DNA of 64,000 nt from Cyanophyceae cyanobacterium (GCA_038321985.1 JBBQFN010000005.1:1-64000); one strand, 5' to 3'; positions 39,268 to 49,888 are shown, counted from the stretch's first letter. The notes: generated from the letters alone by a model not told the origin. Numbers and translations are program-made.

Positions 39268-40965
39268 ATGAGCCAGCGAAATCAATTTTCCCGCACTCCT
39301 TTAAGTATTATTTGTCAGGCTTCTCTCCTGTTGCAGGGACTTGCTTTGATTCCCTCCCTCAGTGTTCTGGGTGGCGACACCGATGCCAACGCTCAGACTC
39401 CAGCGGATGCAGCCGACCCCTTCGGTCAAGCCGAAATGGCTCCCCCTCCGGCTGAATCTGTTCCGTCTGAGCCGGAACCCTCAACGAGCGCTCAATTATT
39501 ACAACCTTTACAACTACAACAAGCTGATGATACAGCCTTGGGCGGGGTTGAGGAAACCCCGGCAGAACCCTGGTTTGCCGAAGAAGCCTCTCCCGACCCC
39601 TTAGATAGTGCCGGGGTTACACCCTGGTATCCAGAATCAAACCCGGCCAATAGGACCCTCGTCGCGCAACCGGATCCCATTGGAGACTACACCCGAGAGG
39701 CGATCGCCCCACCGGAAGATTACCCAACTCCCGAGACAGCAAGCGCCGCATCCACCTTACAAGACATCCACCAAAGCAATCTGTACGTCGATCCGACAGA
39801 TTATAATCTGCCTACCCCGAATAATCCCCCCCCTGTGGAAGCGGATGCTGTAGCTACACCCGCGCCACAAGACTCGAACCCATACGCCGCCAGCACCCCG
39901 CCAGCGCCCGAGGTTGTGGAACAGGCGGCTAGAGTTGAAGAACCTATCCAGGCCCAATCTCAGGAAATGGAATCGCACCTTTACTCAGAGGAGGTGCTGC
40001 CCGTTCCGGCATCGATTCAGGACGCACAACAGGCGAATCTCTACAGTCCTGCGGCACAACCCCTGGAACCCCCGGCGATCGCAGCCCCAGTAGGAGCCTA
40101 CTATCCAGAACCGGAACCCGTTTACTATGCAGAACCGGAAACTTCCTATGCAGCACTGCCTCAAGTCCCGGTGAGAAGCGATCGCGCCGCATACCAGGGA
40201 GGCTTAGGAAAAGCCGATATCGACGGCATCCACTATCGCACCAAAACCGCTGCACGAAACTTTGACTGGAAACGTCTGGGACGTCCCTCTGGTCGTCAGG
40301 GGAACGGCAACACCAGCATGATTTTCCCCCTGGCAATTCCCTCGGAAATTACCTCCTTATTTGGCTGGCGGACCCATCCGATTTTTGGGGATAGCCGCTT
40401 TCACTCGGGGATAGACTTCGGTGCACCCACGGGAACTCCCGTCGTTGCTGCCTATAGCGGAACCGTCTCGATCGCCGATTGGATGGGGGGTTATGGTCAA
40501 ACTGTCGTACTCCAACACCAGAATTCCACCCTGGAAACCCTCTACGCTCACCTCTCCGAAATCTTTGTCAACCCCGGAGAAGTGGTCGAACAAGGACAAG
40601 TCATTGGAGAAGTGGGCAGCACCGGCAACTCCACCGGACCTCACCTCCACTTTGAACTCCGGGAGTTAACCCCTGAAGGTTGGATGGCTATGGACCCCGG
40701 GACTCAAATGGAATATGCTTTAGCACAATTCATTCAGTCCCTAGAGGGTGCTCCGCAAATTGCCTCTCTTACCTCAGGCAATTCCACTCTGACAACTCTA
40801 CCTTCCTTAGATATGCCTGCACCCCCTCCCCCCCTAGCATTTTTGAACGCTCCCGCTAATATGGAAGTAACTTCAGCAACCTTACTCGGCGTTCCCGCAC
40901 CACCCCCACTTCCAGCACCTCCGGTTCCAGTTACCTTAGAGGTAACTATTCCCCGTATTGAGTAA
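39268..40965 (+). CDS. M23 family metallopeptidase with long Pro/Glu-rich N-terminal region
   Basis: ITSLFGWRTHP, HSGID (HxxxD), YAHL, GNSTGPHLHFE (HxH). Confidence 0.9.
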   Translation: MSQRNQFSRTPLSIICQASLLLQGLALIPSLSVLGGDTDANAQTPADAADPFGQAEMAPPPAESVPSEPEPSTSAQLLQPLQLQQADDTALGGVEETPAEPWFAEEASPDPLDSAGVTPWYPESNPANRTLVAQPDPIGDYTREAIAPPEDYPTPETASAASTLQDIHQSNLYVDPTDYNLPTPNNPPPVEADAVATPAPQDSNPYAASTPPAPEVVEQAARVEEPIQAQSQEMESHLYSEEVLPVPASIQDAQQANLYSPAAQPLEPPAIAAPVGAYYPEPEPVYYAEPETSYAALPQVPVRSDRAAYQGGLGKADIDGIHYRTKTAARNFDWKRLGRPSGRQGNGNTSMIFPLAIPSEITSLFGWRTHPIFGDSRFHSGIDFGAPTGTPVVAAYSGTVSIADWMGGYGQTVVLQHQNSTLETLYAHLSEIFVNPGEVVEQGQVIGEVGSTGNSTGPHLHFELRELTPEGWMAMDPGTQMEYALAQFIQSLEGAPQIASLTSGNSTLTTLPSLDMPAPPPPLAFLNAPANMEVTSATLLGVPAPPPLPAPPVPVTLEVTIPRIE

Positions 40966-40977
40966 TACTTAATATTT

Positions 40978-41280
40978 AACAACTGAAGTCGTTCATTTCC
41001 CCGTTTGTAGTAACGACTTCAGTTGTTCATTTCCCCGTTTGTAGTAACGACTTCAGTCGTTTCTCCAGCCTTAACAACTAGCAGGGGTTCAATCTCCTTC
41101 CTACGATCTAAAGCTGGTTAAAACGGACTGCTAACCTGAGAGTAAAACAGTAGACTAATTTCAATCTTGGCTCATCTGAAAACTTTTTAGATAATTTCTT
41201 GGGCGGTCAAAACCGACTTGAACTGACAGCAGGTCGTTACTAACAACATTAAGAGACGACAGCAAGTCGTTACTACAAAC
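40978..41280. repeat. REP-like GTAG-headed palindromic repeat cluster
   Basis: TTTGTAGTAACGACTTCAGT(T/C)GTT at 41004 and 41038 (34-bp period); inverted copies such as AAGTCGTTACTACAAAC ending at 41280; partial copies near 40978 and 41225. Confidence 0.75.
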
Positions 41281-41510
41281 TAAAGAGTACAACTAATTTT
41301 GGCTTAACAATTCTTTATGGCGGCTGCTAAAAAATATAGGAGTTAGGGCTTGTGTTGTGGCAGCCTAGGCTATATTATGTAAAAATAGAAGGCTTGACTC
41401 TATTAAAATTTTGAATTATATCTCCATTATAACATAGTATATCAGAAGAGAGAAACAGACGCAACCCTGCCGCAAAAAAAAATGCGCCGGGGTGAGATTG
41501 AAGGGGGAAA

Positions 41511-42230
41511 TTAAAGATAGCCATTTTCTGCCAAAAATGAGGGGGAAATCTCCTCAAAACTGGAAACAGAGGCAGTGACCTGATCTGAGGGAATGTCCGA
41601 TCCAGGAGAAGCGAACCCAGAACGGACAAATTTAGCAACATATTTGCCCAAGATATCAGCTTCTAGGTTAACCCAGTGACCGAGTTGGAGATAGCGGAGG
41701 TTAGTTTCTGCATAGCTGTGGGGGATGACAGCAGCGGTAAAGTGAGTGCCTGCTGCATCACAGTCAGCGATGGTTAAACTGATGCCATTAACAGCAATAC
41801 TCCCTTTCGGCACGATGTAAGGGGCAATTTGGCGCTGCCATAACTGCGGGGAAGAGGGGGGTGCAGTAAAGGTCATTTCCCAGGAACTAGCGGTTTGTAC
41901 AGAGTGTTGTAGGCAGCCGATTCCATCCACGTGACCCGTAACAAAGTGACCGCCTAATTTGCTGCCTACGCGCAAAGAGGTTTCTAAATTGACGTAGGTA
42001 TGAGAGATGGTGGCGAGGGTGGTGCGATGGAGGGTTTCCGGGGAGGCGATCGCAATAAAACCTCGGGGCAAAATCTCGACTACGGTCAAACAAACCCCAT
42101 CGACAGCGACACTATCTCCTAATGCTAAATCCGTTAGCACTGCTTCCGCGCCAGAATGACAAGAAATTTTGAGGTTTTCTGTCCCAGTCGCCTCCACAGT
42201 GCCTAATCCCTGAATCAATCCGGTAAACAT
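41511..42230 (-). CDS. ribE: Riboflavin synthase (alpha chain; ribC in E. coli nomenclature)
   Basis: MFTGLI N-terminus, GDSVAVDGVCLT, GGHFVTGHVDG, KGSIAVNGISLT. Confidence 0.96.
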   Translation of the reverse strand: MFTGLIQGLGTVEATGTENLKISCHSGAEAVLTDLALGDSVAVDGVCLTVVEILPRGFIAIASPETLHRTTLATISHTYVNLETSLRVGSKLGGHFVTGHVDGIGCLQHSVQTASSWEMTFTAPPSSPQLWQRQIAPYIVPKGSIAVNGISLTIADCDAAGTHFTAAVIPHSYAETNLRYLQLGHWVNLEADILGKYVAKFVRSGFASPGSDIPSDQVTASVSSFEEISPSFLAENGYL

Positions 42231-42549
42231 GGCTTTTTCCTTGAAATTGCATAAACTCTCGATAGCTCGTTACCATTTTTGTCAGTCCCCTGTCAATTTT
42301 TTATCAAATTCCTGGCAAAAGAGGGAACGCAGCGAGCAAAGAAGGAGGCATACTGGAATTTATAAAGCTAAAAAAAGCACAGTGGCCGATCGGAGGTAGG
42401 TACCAGGCGGCTGCACTTCGGGTTGAACCTAACCGTTTTGACTTAACGTTATAGTTAAGCATAAACCTGCCTGCAACCGGAGAATGAGACTTGCTTTAGA
42501 GGTGCCGAGTTCATTACCCCCCATAGCGTGTTCTAAAGAGGCCGAGCCG

Positions 42550-43068
42550 ATGATTGAGATGAAAGTCGCTGGAATTGCATTAGATGCAGCAACACGGAGT
42601 CCCATAGTGCTGCTCAGAGACGCCGGAGATCGACGAGCTCTGCCGATTTATATAGGCCAAGACCAAGCTAGGTCAATTATTAGTGCCCTTGAAAGCCAAA
42701 AACCTCCTAGGCCCTTGACCCATGATCTCATGGTCAATATTCTAGAAGAATATGAGGTCAGTTTGGACCGGATTATTATTCATGCCTTACAAGACAATAC
42801 CTTTTATGCAGTGATCAAACTGCGTCACGGAGAGGCTATCAAGGAGATTGATGCTCGTCCTTCGGATGCGATCGCCTTAGCCCTGCGGACCAACAGCCCC
42901 ATCTGGGTGATGGAAGAAGTGGTGGCGGATGCCTCGATTCCCGTGGATCGAGAAGCAGATGAAGCAGAACGGCAAGCGTTCCGTGATTTTGTTTCCAACA
43001 TTAGCCCGGAAGATTTCATCCACCGGAAGGAGTTTGGACCGGGTAGTGGTGAAGTTCAAGAGTCATAG
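42550..43068 (+). CDS. Bifunctional nuclease family protein (DUF151)
   Basis: MIEMKVAGIALD, LPIYIG, PPRPLTHDL, DARPSDAIALA. Confidence 0.92.
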   Translation: MIEMKVAGIALDAATRSPIVLLRDAGDRRALPIYIGQDQARSIISALESQKPPRPLTHDLMVNILEEYEVSLDRIIIHALQDNTFYAVIKLRHGEAIKEIDARPSDAIALALRTNSPIWVMEEVVADASIPVDREADEAERQAFRDFVSNISPEDFIHRKEFGPGSGEVQES

Positions 43069-43197
43069 AGCGTTCAGGGGGACTTAGAAGCCAGTGGAAT
43101 CAGAGATTGAAAATGAAAAAACCCTTATTTTCTAAGTTCAATATCTCAATTCCAAGTCTAACTCCCCGGAACGAACTATTAGCAAAAAAGGTAAATC

Positions 43198-44361
43198 GTG
43201 TACTACCGCCGATTTGGAAAAACCAATCTGCATCTGTCGGTCTTTTCCCTAGGAACCATGCGATACTTGGCCTCAGAGGAAAATGCGATCGCCACGGTGC
43301 AGCAAGCTCTCAAAATGGGAATCAACCATTTGGAAACGGCCAGAGGTTACGGCAATAGTGAGGCGTATCTGGGCCGAGCACTCACCGAAGTTTTAAGGGC
43401 GGATTCCCCCGGGTGTCGAGAAAAGTTGTACATCACAACTAAACTGCCACCGTCAGGAGATGCGGCTGAAGTGGAACGCTGCATTGATGAATCTTTAGAT
43501 CGGCTGAATGTGAATTATCTGGATGGTATAACCATTCATGGCCTGAATACCCGCCAACATTTAGAATGGGTGTTGGCCCCAAATGGGGGAATGCAGGGGG
43601 TCCAAACTGCCCTGGGCGATCGCCGAGTTCGACATATCGGGTTTTCGACTCATGGCAGCTTAGACTTAATTTTAGAGGCCATTCATACCAATTTATTTGA
43701 ATTTATTAATCTCCATTATTACTATTTTTTCCAGCGCAATGCTGCTGCGGTCGCCTTAGCCCATCAAAAAGATTTAGGCATTTTTATTATCTCCCCAGCA
43801 GACAAAGGGGGAAGACTACATACCCCACCGAGCGAACTTTCCCAACTGTGTCATCCCTTGACACCCCTAGAATTTAACTATCAGTTTTTATTAAGTGACC
43901 CGCGCATTACCACCTTAAGTTTCGGTGCCGCCAATCCGGAAGAACTCACGGTTCTCGATCGCCTCTCTATTTTTGAGAACCAGACAAACGAGGGCACCGG
44001 CGCAACTATTCCACCCCCACAAGAAACAATCAGCGCACTAGAAACCCATGCCAGCCAGTTTCTCGGTGTAGACCAATGTAGCCAATGTTATGCCTGTTTG
44101 CCTTGTCCAGAAACCATTAATATTCCTGAAGTTTTACGCTTAAGAAATCTGGCAGTTGCCTACTCCATGACCGACTATGGTCAATATCGATATGGGATGT
44201 TTGAAAATGCCGGACATTGGTTTCCCGGGATGAAAGGGAATCGATGTACTGCCTGTGGAGATTGTTTACCCCGATGTCCGCAACAGCTTAATATCCCCGA
44301 ATTGCTACAAGACACTCACGATCGCCTGAATGGTAAATCCGGTCGTCGGTTATGGGGATAA
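43198..44361 (+). CDS. Aldo/keto reductase with C-terminal 4Fe-4S dicluster
   Basis: YRRFGKT..LGTMR, ETARGYG, IGFSTHG; CSQCYACLPCP and CTACGDCLPRCP. Confidence 0.92.
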   Translation: MYYRRFGKTNLHLSVFSLGTMRYLASEENAIATVQQALKMGINHLETARGYGNSEAYLGRALTEVLRADSPGCREKLYITTKLPPSGDAAEVERCIDESLDRLNVNYLDGITIHGLNTRQHLEWVLAPNGGMQGVQTALGDRRVRHIGFSTHGSLDLILEAIHTNLFEFINLHYYYFFQRNAAAVALAHQKDLGIFIISPADKGGRLHTPPSELSQLCHPLTPLEFNYQFLLSDPRITTLSFGAANPEELTVLDRLSIFENQTNEGTGATIPPPQETISALETHASQFLGVDQCSQCYACLPCPETINIPEVLRLRNLAVAYSMTDYGQYRYGMFENAGHWFPGMKGNRCTACGDCLPRCPQQLNIPELLQDTHDRLNGKSGRRLWG

Positions 44362-44413
44362 TCCCGTCTGAATCAGATATAGCGTTTTTAACCGAGTAGG
44401 TATCCCAATCAAA

Positions 44414-45064
44414 ATGATGATTACGAAACGCAATAAAAACGATTTAAGTTACAAACGCTACGGGCTTTCTCCCTTCGAGTTGGCTGGAATTTCCCTGGCT
44501 TTGATGCTGCTGGGGCTAACTTGCCCCTGGGTCAAACAAGGGTTAGCCCAAACTCCCGCCCCCGCCCTGGAAGCCGTAGAGGAGATGGTACCGCCCGATC
44601 AGTCGGAACCGCCTTTAGAATTCCAGCAGATGCCCCCAGAAAAGCCCCCCTTACAGTTGCTTTCCATCCCCCCTGAAATTGATCCGGCTGAGTTTGATAT
44701 CACAACCGCAAACACGATTTCTCAAACTGGGGTGACAATTCCTTCTTTATGGTGGGTTAACGAACAGTTTGGTTACAAGCTAGTGGAGAACTGGTTAGCC
44801 TATCCCCGGAATGGAGACGAGACGGGGACTGTGGATTTGATTGTTAACCGTCAAATTTGGAGTTTACTGGACTACCTGCAACGCTACGAGTTTCTAAACC
44901 ATTTCGGGCAAGTGGCGAGGGATTACGGTTACAACGTCCGGGTGTTTACTCCTCAGCAAACACTCTTAGGGGGTTATACCTGTACCTACCAGCCGATCGC
45001 CTGCAATTTGTGGGTTGATTCCCAGGGCGTAGACACTGAAGCGCCTTCTCCCTCTGGGAATTAG
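44414..45064 (+). CDS. Hypothetical exported protein
   Basis: 216 aa; signal-like hydrophobic segment ending GLAQ; TIPSLWW..EQFG domain. Confidence 0.7.
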   Translation: MMITKRNKNDLSYKRYGLSPFELAGISLALMLLGLTCPWVKQGLAQTPAPALEAVEEMVPPDQSEPPLEFQQMPPEKPPLQLLSIPPEIDPAEFDITTANTISQTGVTIPSLWWVNEQFGYKLVENWLAYPRNGDETGTVDLIVNRQIWSLLDYLQRYEFLNHFGQVARDYGYNVRVFTPQQTLLGGYTCTYQPIACNLWVDSQGVDTEAPSPSGN

Positions 45065-45096
45065 AAGTCGATAATATCTCCGGGGTTTTTGGTCGA

Positions 45097-46311
45097 TTAG
45101 CTGAGGCGAATTTCTCTCCACAGGTCCTCGTAGGCTTCAGCAATCTCCGGGGGGAGGGGTTGGATAAATTCGCTGTTGGCAATTGTCTGGGCACTCGGTA
45201 AGAGTAACCCATTCGTTTGTAAAGCATTTGGTAAATCCCCTCGGTCCCGGTTCAACAGCATGGGAGAGGCCGCTTTACTCAATTGGGAAAGCTGAACCGC
45301 CATTTCAGGTTCCCAGCAAAAATTAATCCACTGTCCCGCTAGGGCTGAGGCGGGGGGCGGTGTCTGGGTACTGACCGGATTGGGTCCCGCAGGACGGACC
45401 CACAATTCGGACCATAACGCCGTCCCCGAAGGAGGAACCACCGCCCGAATTTGGGGATTGCGCTGCATTGCTCCCAGGATATCCGTAGACCAACCTAGGG
45501 CGGCCCAAGTATCACCAAGAACTAAGGGTTGCAGATAGGTGTCGGAACTGTATAGCTTGACTTGTGCATGAAGTGCCAGGAGTTGTTCTTTGAGTTCCGG
45601 TAGATCGTCGAGGCGACTGCGATTGTAGGAGTGACCCAGGCTTTTGAGGGTCAACCCAATCACTTGCCGGGCACTATCGAGCAAAGAGAGGCGATCGCGC
45701 AGTTCGGGACGCCACAAATCCCTCCAATCGTGCGGGGTCCAGCCTAAATCTTTGAATTTATCCGCGCGATAAGCAATGACGGTCGTTCCCCAACGATAAG
45801 GTGCTCCCCACACCTGCCCGTCTGGAGTGATTTTTCCCTGGGCATTCCGTTTAACCAAGTTTTGCCACTGGGGAGGGAGATTGCCCCATTGGGGAAGAGT
45901 GATAGGGTCCAGGGGAAGAATCAGTTGTTGGGCGATCGCCTGTTCTAACCAGTAGTCTCCTAAAGTGACTAGATCGGGAAAGTTTGTCGGTCCAGCATTC
46001 CTATTGAAAAATGGCAAATTCCATCCCCGACCCTCGTCGTTTGAGGGGGTTTTTTTCCACTTTTGCAGCAGTCCAAATAATTCCTCTAACTGCGCTGCCG
46101 GTGAAAAGTTTAAAACCGCCCGGGTTTCAAGTTGCTTGCGGAATTCCCCCATCGCTTGTGCAGGAATGGAATTTTTCAACAGTAGAATTTTGAGAGTTTC
46201 TCGATCAACCCTCCCACATCCGCTCAACAACTGGGTAACCGCTAGGGTACTGAGGCTAACTAAAAAAGATCTTCGATTCACGCGCTTTTTAATAGGATTC
46301 TGTTCAATCAA
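45097..46311 (-). CDS. ABC transporter substrate-binding lipoprotein, PotD/polyamine-like
   Basis: Twin-arginine RRSFL plus lipobox LSGC; PYRWGTTVIAY, DWRDLW, PPSGTALWSELW. Confidence 0.8.
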   Translation of the reverse strand: MIEQNPIKKRVNRRSFLVSLSTLAVTQLLSGCGRVDRETLKILLLKNSIPAQAMGEFRKQLETRAVLNFSPAAQLEELFGLLQKWKKTPSNDEGRGWNLPFFNRNAGPTNFPDLVTLGDYWLEQAIAQQLILPLDPITLPQWGNLPPQWQNLVKRNAQGKITPDGQVWGAPYRWGTTVIAYRADKFKDLGWTPHDWRDLWRPELRDRLSLLDSARQVIGLTLKSLGHSYNRSRLDDLPELKEQLLALHAQVKLYSSDTYLQPLVLGDTWAALGWSTDILGAMQRNPQIRAVVPPSGTALWSELWVRPAGPNPVSTQTPPPASALAGQWINFCWEPEMAVQLSQLSKAASPMLLNRDRGDLPNALQTNGLLLPSAQTIANSEFIQPLPPEIAEAYEDLWREIRLS

Positions 46312-46415
46312 ACCGATCGCCAGGGGGAATTGGACGACTACCCTTTGGGTGAAGGGGTAGAATTTAAGCCCATTTTCCCCGCTGCTTTGGCCTCTCCTAT
46401 TTTAGCGGCGAAATC

Positions 46416-46955
46416 CTATTCCTCGATCCGCTTTTCCAGATACTGACCGATGGTTTGTTGTTCTCCGGCGCGCGAGATGATCGTTTGTCGGGTCCGGTAG
46501 CGATCGCCAATCAGTTTTAATTCTTCCTCAAAAACGGATCCATTGTATTCAGTTTTTAGGCACAAGGTTTGCGGATTGACAAAATAAAAGGTAGCCTGAA
46601 CTGGGTCCCGAGTTAAAAAGCCGCGATCGCGATAGAGTATATTCCCTCTAGCTCCAAATTGGGTACTCCCTGCGGATTTTTTTCGCCCTGAAGCCGAGTC
46701 TCTACTTTCCCAAGAGACTTCACTGCCACAGGTGAGGGCGTTGATTTCCGGGAGTTGGTGCAACTTTGCCAGTTCTACCAGTTCTGGACTACTGGGTTCT
46801 AAAAATCGCACCTTAATTATGCTTACCACTTCCTGGGTAATGCCATCGGGCAAAGTGTAGTACCGGCGATCAGAGTGCCATTGGCCCTCTGATTTTTGGA
46901 AGAAGTCCGCAATCAGCGATTCTGTTGTAGATGGGGTTAGGTTTTTCAGAGTCAT
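46416..46955 (-). CDS. Phycobiliprotein lyase, CpcS/CpeS family
   Basis: FFQKSEGQWHSDRRYY, LYRDRGF, EEELKLI...RTRQT; GGAGGAG RBS before ATG 46955. Confidence 0.85.
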   Translation of the reverse strand: MTLKNLTPSTTESLIADFFQKSEGQWHSDRRYYTLPDGITQEVVSIIKVRFLEPSSPELVELAKLHQLPEINALTCGSEVSWESRDSASGRKKSAGSTQFGARGNILYRDRGFLTRDPVQATFYFVNPQTLCLKTEYNGSVFEEELKLIGDRYRTRQTIISRAGEQQTIGQYLEKRIEE

Positions 46956-46980
46956 CAGAGTTTCTCTCCTCCGGTTACTG

Positions 46981-47029
46981 ATTGATAGCCTATCAATCCG
47001 AGCCGGAAAGCTGTTGTAAATTCCGTTAC
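46981..47029 (-). promoter_or_regulatory. Putative NtcA-activated promoter with palindromic operator over the -10
   Basis: GTA-N8-TAC at 47016-47029; minus-strand TAGGCT (46987-46992) 23 nt downstream; palindrome ATTGATAG-C-CTATCAAT at 46981-46997. Confidence 0.55.
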
Positions 47030-47406
47030 TTTTCTTAATATAACGCGATCCGTTGGCACTGCCATTCATCCGGGGATGGATTCTAATCCTGAATTAAGGG
47101 GGCCAATCTACCCTCAATGGGATGAAAAGCCTTTACTACCTCATCCAGGGTTAACCCTCCAATTTAAAGGGGAGACCTAGGCCGGCAAGTTTTCTTGACC
47201 CTGTGGGATAGAGAGTTGGCAGGGGTGCTCTCGCAACGGGAGAGGGGGCAATGAGCGATCGCCCAATTGTAACAAAACATAAATTTTCCTTGAATTTTGA
47301 GGCAAAAATCTTTAAACATTAAATAATCTAAAAAGAATTCCTAAATCGGCAAAATCTTATTTAAGATTGAGGAGAAAAATACGGCCATTAAAATAGGGGG
47401 CTGAAT

Positions 47407-47808
47407 ATGGAATCATTACAAAACCAAGTGTTCGTCTTAAGTGATAAAATCGATGACTTATATCAAACTATCGAACAGCTTAATAGAAAAATATCCCTGT
47501 GTTTGGGAGAGCCCGGTTTGAACCCTCCACCGGCAAGTGAGTCCCCCGAAGCCCTCCTGAGAAAGCGGTATGCTTACGCAGTCGGTAATTTAGTCTCGAC
47601 ATCCTTAGAAGCAGCAGAAGAATTAGACCATAAAGACGTACTCAAGGAGAAAAATGATGTACATCAATTAGAGAAGAGCTTTCAAAATAATATCGCCTCG
47701 GAATTAACCCCGGAAATTCAGATCCGACGATTGACAGCGCAATTGACTGCCGCCTACCAGCGGATAGCGGAGTTAGAAGAACAGCTCATGGCGAACAGAG
47801 TACACTAA
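47407..47808 (+). CDS. Hypothetical coiled-coil protein
   Basis: 133 aa; heptad-rich ends (LTPEIQIRRLTAQLTAAYQRIAELEEQL); AGGGGG upstream. Confidence 0.75.
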   Translation: MESLQNQVFVLSDKIDDLYQTIEQLNRKISLCLGEPGLNPPPASESPEALLRKRYAYAVGNLVSTSLEAAEELDHKDVLKEKNDVHQLEKSFQNNIASELTPEIQIRRLTAQLTAAYQRIAELEEQLMANRVH

Positions 47809-47831
47809 GGGATAGTAAGGAAAGCTGAGGG

Positions 47832-48938
47832 TTAACGACTCAGGCGAGCATACCGCATTGCCATCGCTTCAATGGCTTGTAAGAGTTGAGATTGATTCCA
47901 GTTTTGGTAAAGATGCGCGGCGATCGCACAACCTCCGGCACCGACCCCTTCTTTAACAAATCCACGCTCATAAGCACAGAGTTGAGGATAGCGAGAATCA
48001 GTAAAACTGAGTTGAGTTGCCAATAAAGGGACTGGACCGACTGCGGTAGCGAGTCCCACAGTGTCTCCCGTTGGGTCTTCGGCAACCCAGCGCGTAGTCC
48101 CCACAACGATCCGATCGCCGTTCCACAGCAGGCGATGATAAGAGGCGATCGCCCGAATTAACCCATACACCGCCAGCATTTGCGTCCCACCGGCCAATAA
48201 AACACCACAACGGCGACTGGCGGCGATCGCCATGCCTGCGGCCACTGCTTGCATCGGGTCTCCCACAGCGGCGATCGTGATCAGGGGGTCTAAATCAGGG
48301 GTCCGATTCAGACGAGCCCGTTCTAAACCCGCTTTTACTAGGGCCAACTTCTGCCCGTGATTGCATTGGGGATGAGAACTATTGACCTTACCAGCCGCAT
48401 CAATCCCTAAATCCATTAAAACTGAGAGGGCTGTTGTTGTACCACCCACGACACATTCCCCCACAATCAGATATCCCTCGGGATGCGCCTGGGCGAGTTT
48501 GTGGCCCCAATGTAATCCCGCTTCAAATAACTGTTTAACGGTTGCCAGTTCCAACGCGTCACCTGTACTCAGACAGCGGGCGGGAGTCCCTCCCAGTTCC
48601 ACCACCGGGAGCGCTGGAGCTTCGGGTAAACCCGCATTAAAAACCGATAAGGGAATGGCTTGTGCTTCTATAACTGCACGAGAAATCAGGACCGGAGAAG
48701 CGCCAGCTTGCAGGGGAGGGAGAGGATACTGGGGATGGGGATGGGGACCGTGGTAGAGAAATTCCGCATCGGCGATCGCCGTGTACTGGCGATCGCGCGG
48801 GGTCGCACCCGCCGCAGAAATTCCCGGAATTAAACCCGTGTCCGTAAAGCCGAGAATGCAGGCAAAGTGGGGTTGCTGTCCGCGATAGCAGTCGAGCCAC
48901 TGTTGGCCCTGTTGAATCTGGGTGTAAATTCGGATCAC
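47832..48938 (-). CDS. cobT: Nicotinate-nucleotide--dimethylbenzimidazole phosphoribosyltransferase (cyanobacterial/archaeal type)
   Basis: IPGISAAG, GECVVGGTTTA, VGDPMQ, LAGGTQMLAV, VKEGVGAGG. Confidence 0.9.
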   Translation of the reverse strand: MIRIYTQIQQGQQWLDCYRGQQPHFACILGFTDTGLIPGISAAGATPRDRQYTAIADAEFLYHGPHPHPQYPLPPLQAGASPVLISRAVIEAQAIPLSVFNAGLPEAPALPVVELGGTPARCLSTGDALELATVKQLFEAGLHWGHKLAQAHPEGYLIVGECVVGGTTTALSVLMDLGIDAAGKVNSSHPQCNHGQKLALVKAGLERARLNRTPDLDPLITIAAVGDPMQAVAAGMAIAASRRCGVLLAGGTQMLAVYGLIRAIASYHRLLWNGDRIVVGTTRWVAEDPTGDTVGLATAVGPVPLLATQLSFTDSRYPQLCAYERGFVKEGVGAGGCAIAAHLYQNWNQSQLLQAIEAMAMRYARLSR

Positions 48939-49087
48939 AAGAGGCTGAATTAGGAAGACTTCAGGGAGTAGGGTCTTACAAGTTGAGGGAGCTTACTCCC
49001 CGCTTTACTCAATGGGGTTATTTGTAAAAAACCTGGACTTGTAAGGGGATGGGGTTTAATTGGGTTCAAGAGTGGGCGATCGCGGGG

Positions 49088-49888
49088 TTATTCTTCATCT
49101 AGTAAAACTTGCACCCACCGAGGCGGGGGTGGAATCGGATTTCCAATCTTTTCTAGCAAGAGAGAAGCAGCTAGATGGACGGCAAAGAGGTAGATGAGAT
49201 TCTGAACCCAGACCAAAATTGCAGCCAATGCTTGAACCACATACAGATTCGGCTGAACTAGCAATCCCATCCTTAGAAATAACCAATCTGCCAGTTCAGT
49301 AATTTGAATAGTGAGGTAAACCCAAAGGTCTTCTCCGACCAGAATTCCTAACAGCCACAGGCGAAAAAAGAAGCCAAAAGAGCCGAGGAGAGAGCCTAGA
49401 AAGATGGCGATTTCCCAACTAGCACGACGTTTCCAGAGACATCCGAGTAAGACTCCGAGTAGACCGAAAGGAACCACAAAGAGAATGCTGCGCGTGGGTC
49501 CCATGAGAACTGAGAGCAACAAACCCGAGACTACCGCACCCATCCAAGCAGCGCGATTACCCCACCGTAGGTAAACCAGGGCGATCGGGACCGGAAAAAA
49601 AATCCGCAGTACAGGACCGAGGGGAAAGTAATAATTGATTAGCCAAATCAAGCTGGCGGTACTGGCGAAAAAAGCCGTTTCCACGAGGATCAGGGCATTG
49701 CTGGGGTGTCCTGGGTTGGAAACCACGCTCTCAGAGGCACGTTCACTGGTTGGGAGTTCCCGGATATCCCCATTCAGGGGGTTAGATCCGACAGATGAAT
49801 CCGGAGGACCGAGGGGTTCTGAATTGTTAGGGAATTCAGAAGACTGGGAAGAGGAATTCGGGTTATTGTCTGAAAAATCAACCATCAA
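49088..49888 (-). CDS. DUF2232 family membrane protein
   Basis: LVETAFFASTASLIWL..FPVPIALVYLRWG; multiple TM segments; adjacent to cobT. Confidence 0.8.
   Translation of the reverse strand: MMVDFSDNNPNSSSQSSEFPNNSEPLGPPDSSVGSNPLNGDIRELPTSERASESVVSNPGHPSNALILVETAFFASTASLIWLINYYFPLGPVLRIFFPVPIALVYLRWGNRAAWMGAVVSGLLLSVLMGPTRSILFVVPFGLLGVLLGCLWKRRASWEIAIFLGSLLGSFGFFFRLWLLGILVGEDLWVYLTIQITELADWLFLRMGLLVQPNLYVVQALAAILVWVQNLIYLFAVHLAASLLLEKIGNPIPPPPRWVQVLLDEE

Noticed and set aside
40991..41061. Possible CRISPR array
   Set aside because: Only two units, and the intervening sequences are identical and short; no cas genes; fits a REP-like repeat
42231..42549. FMN riboswitch upstream of riboflavin synthase
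   Set aside because: No RFN consensus elements recognised on the minus strand
48939..49087. Cobalamin riboswitch upstream of cobT
   Set aside because: Short spacer with no B12-box pattern recognised
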